Source of the DNA: Mytilus trossulus
Taxonomy: Eukaryota
Length of the DNA stretch: 64,000 nucleotides
Reading direction: 5' to 3'
Assembly: GCF_036588685.1 (NCBI RefSeq)
Contig: NC_086377.1
Coordinates: 53,878,001 to 53,942,000 of the forward strand
Positions 38,304 to 51,746 of this stretch are shown here, one piece after another. Every line of letters starts with the position of its first letter. Within the stretch, counting starts at the first letter, position 1. The notes under the pieces are model-generated. The model was not told the origin of the DNA. It searched no databases and was given only the letters and a program-made list of their open reading frames with translations. A program made the position numbers and the translations under genes.

Positions 38304-41071
38304 ATTGACATTCGAACAAATATTAGATGTTTTAAAAAACGATCTCGTACCAGATATTGATAGAGGGAAGGAGCCCATTGCACCAGACAAAAAACTTCTT
38401 ATATGTTTATGTTATATGGCAAATATGGAGTCACATCGTGAAATTGGACACTATTTTGGTGTATACAAGGCTTCAGTTTTTAACGTAATCAAGACAGTTG
38501 TAAATGCTATATTAAATAATCTCTGTTACGTAAGTTATCAGTCTAACTACAGACTAAGTATAGCTAGTCATAATAAGTAGATCTATATTATTGTCTAACC
38601 AAATTAAATGTACAGTGCTTATATAAATTTCTTTATCAAAAATACAATTTATATCGATGGCTCTGTAGAAAGCTTCAAACTTCAAGAAAAATGTTAAAAA
38701 AACACCATTTTACTTTGAGCATTATCATTTGCTTATTCTATTCTATCTCCCCGAGTTTTAGAGGATGCAACACACGGTTGTTCAGCTGCTAATCCCCGCC
38801 ATCCGAAAACAGACTATAGATTAAAAGGGATATTTTTTTTTTTGAAAATATAAAATACCACATACGTATTTCAAGGAGTTACCTATCAATCGGAAGCATC
38901 TGGACCAAATAGTTAGGAAAATAGAGAACAAAAAAAAAAGCTTTTATAAAAGAAGGACTCATAACCAAATATATCGAAATAGGAAGCCAATTCCAAGCAC
39001 TTAGGACATCTACCGTTTACAATCAATGACTTTTCTGGGACCGGTGGCAACATACCACTCCCTTTCACAAACAGATAAATGTGGTATTAGGGTTAAAGAT
39101 TGTATAAGTTCAAAAATTAAATAGTTATGTATACTACTAGTATTACATATGTATTATAAAATAAAATTCTTTTTATCTCTCTCTTCAGTTGATCAAGTGG
39201 CCAAATCTCCAAGAACAGGATAGCATAAGTAGAGAATTTCAGCTGAATAGTGGAATGGTGGGAATCATTGGTGCAATGGACGGCAGTCATATTCGCCTAG
39301 CATCATGTCCAAAGGGGGATTCAGACTACATCAATCGAAAAGGCTTTCCGTCCATGCAGTTGCAGGTAATATCATATATGTGCATCATGTTAGATTTTAC
39401 CATTTACCTAGAATTTCGATTAGGTGATGTGCAAATTTGAATACCTATGAAAATTATTTAAGGTGACTGAAACATAATTTAACTTAACCCCATATTTTTT
39501 TCAAATCTTACTGCATGTATTAGTGTTTACAATGTGATGAAAAATTCAGAAGCTGTCATGAATTTGTCCGAACTGGGACTCAACTTTGTTTGGAGAAAAG
39601 TATTTTTTCTAGTATAACAATTTGCAATTCACACGGCGTTTTTAGGTTTTAATGTATTGTGATAAACGAATGTGGCACACATCAACTGAACGTATTACCT
39701 AGTCTTATTCAATTCTCATTCCTATTTTCAGGCTGTTGTGGATCATAATCTTATGTTCCGTGATGTATACGCAGGATGGCCAGGCTGTACACATGATGCC
39801 CGAGGTTTTAGAAACTCCTCATTATCAGACAGGGCAGAAAATGGGAGAATATTTGGTTGCAACAAATTCCTGATTGCTGACAGTGCATATCCAGTTAAAC
39901 CCTATTTAATACCTCCATTTAAAGATAAGGGACACCTTTCAAACTTGCAAAAGAAGTTCAACAAGGTTATTTCATCTGCAAGACAAGTAGTTGAAAGGGC
40001 ATTTGGCCTTTTAAAGGGTCGCTTCAGGCGTCTCCGAGAAGTTACGTCACATGAACCTTCAGCAATTGTTGGCATTATTGTATGTGGATGTATACTTCAT
40101 AATTTGACAATAATTAACCACGAGGACATTGAACAATTTATTGATGACAATCAAGATGGTCACCCCAATGGATTTCAAAATATTTTCAGAAATGATAATG
40201 CTGGAGTTAGAGTAAGGGAAAATCTTATGAGAACACTAGCATAAGTTTTCTGTGAGACAATATGGGTTTAAAATGTAGAGTTCATTCAGAATGGCATTAG
40301 AAAGTGTTTTTGATTCTGTACGATCATTTTTGAAAATTAATTTTCAAAAAGAAGACAAGCGCTCAAGAACTGTCTCTATAAAATGTGACCTTGATGTTTG
40401 ACAAATATAATAATAATAGTAGATATCCCTTTTGTGACTGAAGCTTTTTTCTGTGCATTTATAATGAAAATCCATCCAGGCAAACTTCTTTTTTTTTAAA
40501 GTTTATTCTGTAAAAACATCTTCAATTTTTATCTCAGTTTAGAAATGGTGACCTCTGTTGATAGAAATTTGGAGAGGGTATTTGTAGTACCTGTATTACC
40601 ACCATATCTTCTTTTTAATAAACCAAATGACCTCTAACCTACAAGTCAATACATTTCTGTGTTCTTTTTAATTTAGCTTCCATGGTCGTCCATCTGTGCA
40701 GGTTTCATAAAAATCAATCAAAGAAAACTTGAGTTATGGTGCAGAAAACATAGTAAAATGACAGATGGCCAGATGAGTCTAAAGTATCTTTTTTGCACAA
40801 CAAAACTTATAAGCAAGTATTTGTTGTCAACTGAAGATGTTTTTATTTTTCCAAGTTTATACTAATATAAATAAGATGTGGTACGAGTGCCAATGAGACC
40901 ACTATCCATCACACAATGTAGTTAAGTAAAGCAATTACAGTACGGCCTTCAACATGGAGCCTTGGCTTACACCAAGCAAGCTAAAAGGGCCCAAAAATGA
41001 CAAGTGTTAAACAATTCAAACGGGGAAAACCTACGGTCTAATTTAAATACTAGTATTGAAAACCAGAAACA

Positions 41072-41473
41072 AACCAGAGGCTCCCTGGAGCCTGTATCGC
41101 TCACCTGTATTCCCATGAGGTATCATTGGATAACATCCTTAAAAAAAGAAACATTTACACTCCTATAGGTTTGGTTCAGAACCACCCAAGGACCATAGCT
41201 GCCAAGTTTGGTTCAAATCGTGTCAGCAATTAGATTTTTTTGTGATTTTCCCATAGGGTCCTATGTTAAACTAAGTTTGGCATTGGCGGCCATCTCGAAT
41301 GACAAACTGGGTCATCGAACACAAATCTGAGAGAGGACCACCCAAGGACCATTGCTGCCAAGTTTGGTTCAAATTAGCCCAGTGGTTTCAGAGAAGAAGT
41401 CCTTTAAGTGAAATGTTGACGGACGCCAAGTGATGAGAAAAGCTCACATGGCATTTTAGGCCAGGTGAGCTAA
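41072..41473 (-). mobile_element. Short HINE-like element inserted in an abundant repeat
   Basis: Same terminal hairpin, GCTCACCT subTIR and AGCTCAC..GTGAGCT end as 12670-13912. Confidence 0.7.
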
Positions 41474-44400
41474 AAACATGTATGAAACACACCAACAAAC
41501 GACAACCATTGACATAAGGCTCCTTTCTTAGGGCAGGTGCATATAATATGCAGCAGGTTTTGAATGTTTTAACAGGCACCATCTTTCATCATAACCTGAG
41601 ACAGTAGTGTAACATTACAACATAAAAAAGACTCACTATAAAAAAATAATTGAAAGAGGCGTAACCATTGGTGGACTTAGGTCTTGTACATTTTGGTTGT
41701 GTTGTTGTCTCTTAGACATTTCATACTGATCATTTATGCAACTTACATGGATTATATATTTATATATATATATATATATCTTATAATTTTCAAGAATAAC
41801 ACAGTAATCATGGAAATGTTTAATCAACAAAATGGAAAAAAAACACATTTTAACAGTACATAAACATATCTAAAACAAAAGTAAAAATTATAACAAAACT
41901 TAAATATCCTGATTTTATCAACAATTTCTGCACAACCTCATCTCACCTGCAAATCAAAAATTAACCCAGCCCATATATATCTGTGAGGATCTGAATTTGG
42001 TTAAACAAATTTATCAAAGTTTACAAAACTTAAGCATAGTTAACATTAAAATAATCGCAAAAAAAAAGTCCAGATATCTGAAAAGTACCAAATAAACATA
42101 TTAAAAGAAATATCCAGAGACAATCTTTCTGGTAATAATATTGTGTGCCAATTTTAAAAAGATGCCAGCATTACTTTGACAATTTTATGGCAGTTTATAA
42201 AACTTTAATTTAAGGGTTAACAAAGAATTTTGTAGCAAAAAAGCACTTTGTCCAGTTATCTGCTAAATTTCAGAAAATTGTGATTTTATTTTTTTTTAAA
42301 TTTGAATTTGGACACCATTCTTAATATAGGAAAAGTTTTGTAAATATCCAACAATGTTTAACGAAAACACTTTTTGAAAGTATAAAACTTTAACATCACA
42401 GTATATTTTTTGATAATCTATCGTCGTTATGTCGCCTTCATGATTTTTCGTTACAGGCGAGACAAAGAGCAAAACATAAAATAAAACTAAATAAATTCTA
42501 TCCGACACATACCCTGATTTTTTATCAAGAATAATACAAAAAAAAACCAGGAAAAACATTTCAAAAAGCAAATATATAATTTTCGATTTAATCCAGCTAT
42601 GATAGAAGAAACAATTTAAAATCACAGCTCCTTTGCTTTCGACAGGAAAAATAAGATGAGAACCCTCAATGTCAAAATAATTCAATTTATTTCTGTCCTA
42701 ATCAGTCTCATCATTTTTACCTTTACCAGAAATTGACTTTTCATAGAGATCCAGAAATCTATCAAGTTTTTGAAGCTGTTTCTCATTATGATTCTTTATT
42801 TACATTAATGAATCCTGTGCATTATCATTAATTTTTTCAATAATGTCATACAGATCACCCCGTTTTCTTTTTTTGGCAGACTTTCCAACAGAATTTTTTC
42901 CAGAACAGGATGGTTTAGCAATATTGTTTCCTCCCTCGTTAGATTTAGCATGTAATTGAGCTGATGCTCCTTGAAAACCTGAATCATAAGATGCTTGCAG
43001 TTTTGTGGAAGCTTTGTTCCCATACAATTCATTAAACTTGTCATAGTGCTTCCAACTAACAGCATTGTTTCCAGTTTTATTGTTTGCGTCAATAACCTCC
43101 TTGTAACGTTTTTTCATATTTTTCCATTTGTTTATTATTTGAGCAACAGAAATTTTTACCCCTTGTTTTTCCATTTTCTTTTGAATTTCATTCCATAGTG
43201 TTTCATGAGCCTTGGCACCAACAAATTTCGACTCTATATCACTTCTCAAAGTAATCAACAGAACTTCTTCCGACTGTGTCCAGTTGTGAACCTGAAATAT
43301 CAAAATAATTGTGTCAATCTATCTTCTGCGGTAGAAGTTTCTTCTATGTCTCCTTCTTTTTGTCATAATTTTGACTTTTTTACAGGCAAGTTTTTTGATA
43401 CAACTTCTAAGAATTCTATTTGAGTAACAAATGTTGTGCTAGATATTTGAATGCCATTGACATTTAATTCCCCCATTGACGAAGAAATAGGAGATATGTC
43501 CTCTGATGGAAAACATTTAGTGGATTCCTCGCTATCCCTTGAGTATGAGTACCCCTTTTGGACAAAAGGTTCTATTTCATTGCTATCTAATGATAACACT
43601 GAAATGTCAGTCTCTGAAGATGGTGAAATATTTCGATAAAATTTTTGCAGAAAAACATCACAATTTTTGTCCATCATTACTTTGTCTTCATAATTGGCCA
43701 ACAAATTTGGGTCATGTAACTTTTTCTCCTAAAAATTAAAAAAAGGTACAAATGAATAAAGAATGTGACCATGGGACACAGATGATGCCCCTGCTTGCAT
43801 ATAATATAAGGGGCATAACTCATGGACAGTAAAACTGATGCCACCCAAATTTCAAATTGTACTGTGTTTTGTGGTAATAAGCATTGTGTAAAAGTTTCAT
43901 AACATTTGGTTGAGGCAAACTAAAGTTGGAGAAAGGAAACAAATTATGGGAGGTACATTCAAACAGACGGACGGGCGTACATACTGACATAATAAACTTG
44001 ATGCACCCTTCCTTTAGCTGCGGGGCATACAAAAATAATGTTAATTGGAAACTTTAAAATAAAAAAATTATCTGTACCAAAATTAAAAGTTGTTTGCCTC
44101 TTATTTATTGTGTACAACATTGTTTTGTACAATATGACTGATGAAATAACCTAAGGGGGATGGAAAAGACAATATTGTCAGTACTATTTATCTTAATTTT
44201 TTACTAATATCAAAACTGACTATCATACTGTTTCATTAAGTTTCCAATGCTGATGAATAAAATTAAACATATTTGTAGAAAACACACTCTTTTGCGAGTA
44301 TGTATTTACCTTTCCAATACTACTACTATTACAACTTGCACCACTTGCAGCACTACATTCATTCTCATCTGATATTTTCGCCTCTGGTATTTTCTCATCT

Positions 44401-44699
44401 GGTATGTTGTTTTTCCCTTCAAAAACCGCCTCTAATACCTGCTGCTTTACAGTAGCATCTAAAAATAGACAAAAGACAAACATAAAAAATGTACATGTCT
44501 TTCATGTTAACCTTACAATTTTATTATAAGAGCCTGAGGGCAGCACTTTTGCTTTGGTTTTGCACATTTCTGCATGTTATAATCCTGCTGGCCATGTAAT
44601 TTCTGGAGATCTTAACATAGTTAATAATTACAATTTCAGACAACTTTTGTCTTAGGAGTTTTATTGTTCTCCTGGTATAAACAGCCCATCAATGTAGAC

Positions 44700-44883
44700 A
44701 TAAAACCAATACTTGCACCAAATAAACAAGTATAATCAATACTTGTACCAAATATCCAAGTATAATCAATACTTGTACCAAATATCCAAGTATAACCAAT
44801 ACTTGTACCAAATATCCAAGTATAACCAATACTTGTACCAAATATCCAAGTATAACCAATACTTGTACCAAACATCCAAGTAT
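44700..44883. repeat. 30-bp minisatellite (about 6 copies) inside repeat B; duplicated at 45329-45512
   Basis: TATAACCAATACTTGTACCAAATATCCAAG in tandem. Confidence 0.9.
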
Positions 44884-45685
44884 ATATATGTACACACTCT
44901 GCATATAAACGCCATAAAATGCTATAATAAATACCAAAGACTTTGTAAAGTGGATAGTCGCACGACAACGCCGATGCTCTATATTTAATGATAAATAATC
45001 TCAATACATACATATATATCTACACATATAATATATAACTGAAACATCAGTATCGACACAAAAAACTCTCCAAATAAAAAGCTTAATAAACTTTAACCAG
45101 AATTAAAATTTACCAAGAAAATTCGACTGCTCAGATTGACGATGTCGTGCTGAATGATAACATAGGCAATAAAATACCGCGAAAATAATTTTGAAGCGGG
45201 AAAACATTACGCCCTCTATGCTACATATGATGAAACACCCAGGAGAAATTAATTTCACTCTAATGCACTGCCCGTTTAAACGAATGAAATTATAATTCTC
45301 CTGGTATAAACCGCCCATCAATGTAAACATAAAACCAATACTTGCACCAAATAAACAAGTATAATCAATACTTGTACCAAATATCCAAGTATAATCAATA
45401 CTTGTACCAAATATCCAAGTATAACCAATACTTGTACCAAATATCCAAGTATAACCAATACTTGTACCAAATATCCAAGTATAACCAATACTTGTACCAA
45501 ACATCCAAGTATATATATGTACACACTCTGCATATAAACGCCATAAAATGCTATAATAAATACCAAAGACTTTGTAAAGTGGATAGTCGCACGACAACGC
45601 CGATGCTGAACCCAAAGAACGGGAAGCTATTTAGTACTATGTATGCAAAATTATATAGTCAAATGTAAATAAAACAAAAAAGATA

Positions 45686-45910
45686 TTAATTTCCCAATTT
45701 CTGAGAAACAATCCTACGTTCTGATAAATCTTCTTTCACATAGCCATCCTTTGAAGTGTCCGACTTCCAACGTCCATGACGTTTAAAAAGTCTATCTGAA
45801 AAACCAAACCTTGCAGCGGTAATAGCACCACAAGATCGTAAACTATATAATCCGTATGCTTTTATATCGGTAACAAATGGAGAAAATTGCATCAAAGTAA
45901 ATTCCCTCAT
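45686..45910 (-). pseudogene. Tyrosine recombinase C-terminus
   Basis: YGLYSLRSCGAITAA..DRLFKRHGRWKSDTSKDGYV; the HxxR His has become Tyr and the catalytic Tyr is retained. Confidence 0.88.
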
Positions 45911-46764
45911 CCTTGTATAGCTTAAAGGCTAATTTGTTGAACGAAAAACAAAAAGTTCTTTCACTTGTGACAATTCCTGAATGAATACAAATTTTAATCA
46001 GATTAAATGCTACTCTATGCATATATAATTCCAAATTAGGACTGGACGCAAATTTGTGCGTTTTTCACAATAATAAACCAGTTTCCATCTCTGTAAATAT
46101 CCGTTTTCCGATACAAATTGAAATGTGTATTGACTTGCAATTAACTGCATAATAACGCAGATTCAACCATTCTGATACACTTAAAACATAGATATCCCAA
46201 TATGCACGCACCAATGGTACGTTGTGTAAAACGATTATATACACAAAATAACTTATTATACGCATCCTGTAATAACTCATCGGATCTTCCTTCCAGATTT
46301 GTGGGCCTAATTTCTTTTCAACATCCTCAAAAACATATTTCACTAATTGAGAATCTGTTGTAGAATCTACACCAGTAATCGAGTGCGCCCCTCTATACTA
46401 TAGTATACAGATACATACAGGACTAGACAAAGCAATATCGTTTCTGAACACCTGGAAAAAACATTAAATAACATAAATTTAAATTGATATGTGGTTCCTT
46501 CCAAGTTTTCACATAGTTCATCAATACAATACATTATAGACCAATAAAATGAAAAATTACAATAAAGCATATGCAATAAAAATTATCCCAATACATGAAA
46601 ACTATCACCAAGTTAATACTAGTTAATTTAATGTCACCCTAAACTCCATTCTAATAGCCAACACCGTAAATGGTAAATCCATATACCAAAAGCCGATTTA
46701 TTCCCTCTACCAAATAAAAAAATAGCTTTGTTAGTAGGTAATGTAAACCCAACACCTGATCAAT

Positions 46765-47225
46765 AAATATATCTCCTTTGGGACATAAAAACGGCCAGTA
46801 AAACGCCGATCTCCACAAAGGTAAAATAAAAGTTCTATATGCCTTGTACATGTATACATAAGGACTTTCAATAATAGGCAAACTGGGGGAACATACCACC
46901 CATTTATACCTTCTGATCAATTAATCTATCTTCTTTGGGACATAAAAACGGCCAGTAAAACGCCGATCTCCACAAAGGTAAAATAATAGTTCTATATGCC
47001 TTGTACATGTATACATAAGGACTTTCAATAATAGGCAAACTGTGGGAGCATACCACCCATTTATACCTTCTGATAAATTATTCTATCTCCTTTGATATAT
47101 AAAAACGGCTAATAATACGCCGATCTCCTCAAAGGTAAAATAATAGTAAAATATCCCTTACACTGCTGCATGTATACATAAGGACTTTCAATAATAGGCA
47201 AACTGTGGGAACATATCACCCATTA
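46765..47225. repeat. ~157-bp tandem triplication of retroelement coding sequence
   Basis: AAAACGGC..CGCCGATCTCC..AGGACTTTCAATAATAGGCAAACTG occurs three times. Confidence 0.85.
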
Positions 47226-50200
47226 AAACCTTGCCAATAGATAGTGAACGCATCAATAAACATGAATGTACATTCCAATACCTGGAGTAAAATACAGGTA
47301 ATCGATGGTTATGATCACTAACAAACCAATTAATTTCATGAGGACCCAAACAGGGAATCCAAATATACAAAATTATGTACTGCAAAACGGCAGTCATCAG
47401 TATTTATGATACGACTTATATAGTCTGCAATTTTATCTATGCCCTAGGTATCCATTCAACCTCTAAGAACAAGACTTAAGTGTGCTTCTAACAAGTCACA
47501 AAAATGACATACGCAATATCTGCAAATAAGCTTCATACTGCCCTTATATAAACAATAACAAAACGTTTTGGTTATCCGTAAACCATTAATGCGTTTATCT
47601 CTCATAAAATCTGTCCAAGAAGCCATATATATTTAACAGCCGTAAGTTCTTCCAAATAGAACTATGGTTTACATCGTATTCATGACACATACCTTGAGCA
47701 ATAATCTTACTGAACTGAAAGTCCAATATTAGATTCATATAGGCTGATATAACATCAAAACTAATGATTCAATCATAGTATAGCCACATTCCTATACGAA
47801 ATGGATATAATTTGACCAACGGAAGCTACAGTTCTCCCAAAAAATTAACCTCAATATTCTGAAGATAGTTTAACTTGTTTTATGGTATCAAACAGTTATG
47901 AGTTTCTCAACCGGTTATGCTTATGATAGCTTTGTCTGTATCAATGAAATACTTTAGTAACCAAATATGTCAATGTATAACTGGGAGACCATGTGGATAC
48001 AACCACTTTGATCAATAAGGTCTTGTCTAACTCAGGTGGCAAAATCTGTACACACGCTAATATCAGAATCGGTGACAAATCCATAAATCTATATACATAA
48101 AATTTAAATTTCTTATCATTCACATCAATTTAATTAGTGGTCAAGCAACTTCAGTAAATATATATAAGCAAAACTTCATCCCAAAAAGGAGAACGAGAAT
48201 AAAAATATATATGAACTTCCATCCAAGGATTAGTAGTCTTAACTATTATACCTCGTCATATGTTCAGTAAAAACCAAGATGATCAGAATGCAGATCGTAT
48301 ATATGCATATCTGGCGATAAGCTGAATGTTAAACGTAAAACAATAAAAATATGTTTAATTATATTGCATATCTACCAAGATATCTTCAAATTTCACAAAG
48401 GTGTTTTCCATAGATGTAAATGACATGACCTACAATATATATCTAAAATTAAAAGTTTGATTACCATTGTTTAGAACAGAGGTAGCAAGTGGTGGCAAGT
48501 GAATAAGCAAACCAATGGTTTACATCAGTACATTCAATAATAAGTTCACCTTAACAAAAGATCTTCAATAGCTTATAAAACAAAATCACTGTATGTAATA
48601 GCAGAATAATGTTTTGTAAACAAACGGACAGCCGTGTAGTACAATTTTTTAAAACAAAAGAGTATTTATAAGCGTGTAAAATGGTATCGGTATTTAAATT
48701 GTCGGTAATGAAATCATGACAACCAATGTTATACCAAAAATCAATATATCTCTATAATCTATCTCTGACGATAATTTTAGACTGACCTTGTTCATATTCA
48801 ATGTAGTCGTGTGTGAGAAAAGTGTGCACTCGATTGACTACTAATATAAATATTTAAATACTCATCTTAAATAAATAATTAGACTGCTTTCGAGTTGAAT
48901 AGGCATCTATCCCTCAAATATTGGTTATCCACAACCATAGCAGGCTCCTTCCTGAAACTTAAGACTGACTTCCGCTCATGCTGGACATGTTGCAATATAA
49001 CGGGAAAACGGCATATACAACCGGGATGAGGTTCTCGAAAGGGCTGCTGTTGAAACTTTAATTGTTGTTTACTAGTGTTGAAAATGTCCTGTTGTGAAAC
49101 ACCATGCAGGAGATTCCTCAAGTAATGGAGAATCTGGGTTCATTGTCAAATTCAAGATAGGCAGCGTACCAAGAAAATTCGACTGCTCAGATTGACGATG
49201 TCGTGCTGAATGATAACATAGGCAATAAAATACCGCGAAAATAATTTTGAAGCGGGAAAACATTACGCCCTCTATGCTACATATGATGAAACACCCAGGA
49301 GAAATTAATTTCACTCTAATGCACTGCCCGTTTAAACGAATGAAATTATAATTATTGTCTTCTGTAATCAGTTCTATGGTGTCTTACCCTTTTGGCCACA
49401 CAACATTTGATTTAGGAAAAAAAGGGAGGTGTAAAAAAAATAGATGTTCTGTCTGTGTTTACCCTTATTGCATTTGGTCTCAATTGACCTCTTGGAAGTC
49501 AAATGGTTCTTGTCTTGATCTAAGACATGTTAGCTCTAATTTTTTTTAATTCTCATTACATTTTGAGTGTCCATTTAATTTGGAAAAAGGTTGGTCTATG
49601 TTAAAAAAAAATTATTTTAAAAAAAAATCCAAAATTTAGTGAATAAATTGTGTGAACAAGTAGTTGACAAAAAAATATGAAGTCAGTTTTCCTGCATACA
49701 TAATAATGTTAAATTTGAAGGGAAAAAATATTTATTCAAGTGTGCTTAATATAGTGCTTAACATGCATTATACATACCACATTCAGGGTGTTTCAGCATC
49801 TGCACTAATTCTTTTGACATCCTGCAGCTTTCTATATCCCCTTCAGGATTAGTCAATTGTACCATAATCCTACAAGATAAAAAAAACGATAAAACTTTTT
49901 TTCTGGATTGTTTTAAGAAAGAACAGCAGATTGTACCTTAGTACTTTCTTTTCTTGTACAATGTTTCGGGAATTCCGGAATTTAGCAAAACGTAAATCGT
50001 GGGCAAGGGGTCTAGCGACAAAAAATGTCCCACAGCAGGTCATGACAGAGCCTTTGGGCCATTATCGGAGAAGGGATAGAAGAAAAGGGGTAGCAGTTCC
50101 TAATTCAGTCATCCCTTTTGAACCCCATGTCTTAATACACTTACTACTAGTTCCCAACCTTCATACTTTTTGTTTGCCTCATCACCAATTTTATTTTATC

Positions 50201-50793
50201 TAAGAGTAAAACAGTGATTTCATAGCATTACATAATGTGTGTATTACAGTATGTAAAGTTCGAGCAGTGTGAATTCATAGGTTACAGGGGTCATAAAACC
50301 GTTACAGGTTCACACTCTCATTTTTGATTTAAAAAAAATCACACTGATATGATAATAGATTTCATCCAAAACAGTATTTCTAATGCACTGGGGGGCAAAA
50401 TAAAAAATGTGTGTTTATCATCTTGTGCAGTTATATAGTAATATAAACAAATATTTCAATAAATACTTTTTACATCCGATCAGAAGATAGTGGAAATACG
50501 TGATCAGGGATTGCATGATGAAGTTAAAAATAATAAATATTCCACTTCACACGTATTTGATTTTTATCGAGTAAAATCGATAATCTGCAAAGATATTAGC
50601 ATACTATGCAGATTTTAACAACTGCATCTTACATGTTTTCTTCTTCGGACGCCATCTTGGAACTCGAGGGATCGTGGTCCAGCGGTGGGTTGAAGAGAGT
50701 TAGTCGATGACGTCACTCGAGTGCGTACTCTATGCGTTTAATTTTCACTCGAGTTACTCCGGTACTTACCCTAGTAGATAAATAAACTCGCCC

Positions 50794-50968
50794 TGGGGGT
50801 CCGTAGGTAGCCTGTTACAAAGCAAAATTTCTGTCCCTATCCAATATACCCTCCGATTCCGGTGGCAGTCCAAATTTCTCCGACCAACTTCCCAGATGGC
50901 CTCCATTGTATCAGCCTACCTATTGTGTTTATTGTGAACTTGTTCTCGTCCTGAATATGCATGAAATT
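50794..50968 (+). mobile_element. 3' half of the split SINE
   Basis: GGGTCCGTAGG...TCCTGAATATGCATGAAAT continues the consensus from 34896. Confidence 0.85.
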
Positions 50969-51542
50969 ATATACCACTATCTTGGGTGTGGGTCATTTGT
51001 GGTTCGTTAGGACGAGCACTCATCTCGTCCTCTTTGTATTCTAGGCCTGTACCCAGTATTGTGAACTTTCCTATCTCTGATGCACGGATGCAATGTTTAA
51101 CGTCGCAACATACACAAATCTCGATCTAAATAAACAAAAAAATATTTAAGTATATATTGTATAAATATAAGTATTTATGAATAGTGAAATATTTGGTGCG
51201 AGTGCCAAGGAGACAACTCTCAATCCAAATAACAATTTATCAAATGAAAGTAAACAATCATAGGTCAATATACGGCCTTCAACAAGGAGCCTTGGCTCAC
51301 ACCGAACAATAAGTTTTAAAGCGCCCAAAAATTATTTGTATAGGCTATTCAAACGGGAAAAAACCAACGATCTGATCTGTATAAAAAACGAGGAACACGT
51401 ATAAATTACATAAATAAACGACAACTTCTGTACATCAGATTCCTGACATAGGACAGGTGCAAACAATTGCAGTGGGATTAAACGTTTGAAAGGTAGCAAA
51501 CCTTCTCCCTTTTTTTGAAACAATAGTATAACATCCCAATAT

Positions 51543-51746
51543 AGATTGATCGATGGTTGCTTAACGTCCATTGGCAAATATTTCATGCATATTCAGGGCG
51601 AGAACAAGTTCACAATAAATACAATAGCTATGTCTTGTCACAATTGAGGGAAATTTGAACTGCCACTGGATAATGAGGGTATATTTGATAGAGACAAACA
51701 TTTTGCCTCGCAACAGGCCACCTACGGACCCCTCAAAGAGTTGTTT
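51543..51746 (-). mobile_element. Meta-domain SINE family, 3' fragment
   Basis: Matches 10410-10617. Confidence 0.8.

Larger units (their letters stand above)
35003..40244 (+). pseudogene. Harbinger (HARBI1-like, DDE_Tnp_4) transposase disrupted by an insertion
   Basis: Exon 1 is 35003-35216 plus ~38299-38529; further exons 39189-39365 and 39732-40244. Motifs GAMDGSHI, YINRKG, GWPGCTHDAR, ADSAYP, VERAFGLLKGRFR. Confidence 0.9.
44667..49353 (-). mobile_element. Tyrosine-recombinase retrotransposon with split direct repeats (Ngaro/PAT-type DIRS), decayed ORFs
   Basis: Minus-strand order: A1 (49167-49353), ORF remnants, B1 (45296-45607), A2 (45111-45297), spacer, B2 (44667-44978). YR and RT/RH-adjacent remnants lie inside. 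Confidence 0.9.
42698..50655 (-). pseudogene. Harbinger second gene: Myb/SANT-like (trihelix) DNA-binding protein
   Basis: Phase-compatible exons 50633-50655 (MASEEEN), 49778-49869, 44310-44458 and 42698-43291. Motif WTQSEEVLLI..LWNEI..QIINKWKNMKKRYK..WKHYDKF. Probable premature TAA at 42800-42802 before the C-terminal coil. Confidence 0.85.
34897..50793 (+). mobile_element. PIF/Harbinger DNA transposon (15.9 kb including nested inserts)
   Basis: Perfect 21-bp TIR GGGCGAGTTTATTTATCTACT; 3-bp TSD TGG (34894-34896 and 50794-50796); convergent transposase and Myb/SANT genes. Confidence 0.95.

Noticed and set aside
38009-38383. Lys/Arg/Glu-rich and Phe/Leu/Ser-rich ORFs
   Set aside because: Translations of the low-complexity purine tract.
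44636-45668. 30-bp repeats as a CRISPR array or repeat protein
   Set aside because: Units are contiguous with no unique spacers, the context is eukaryotic, and they lie within retroelement terminal repeats.
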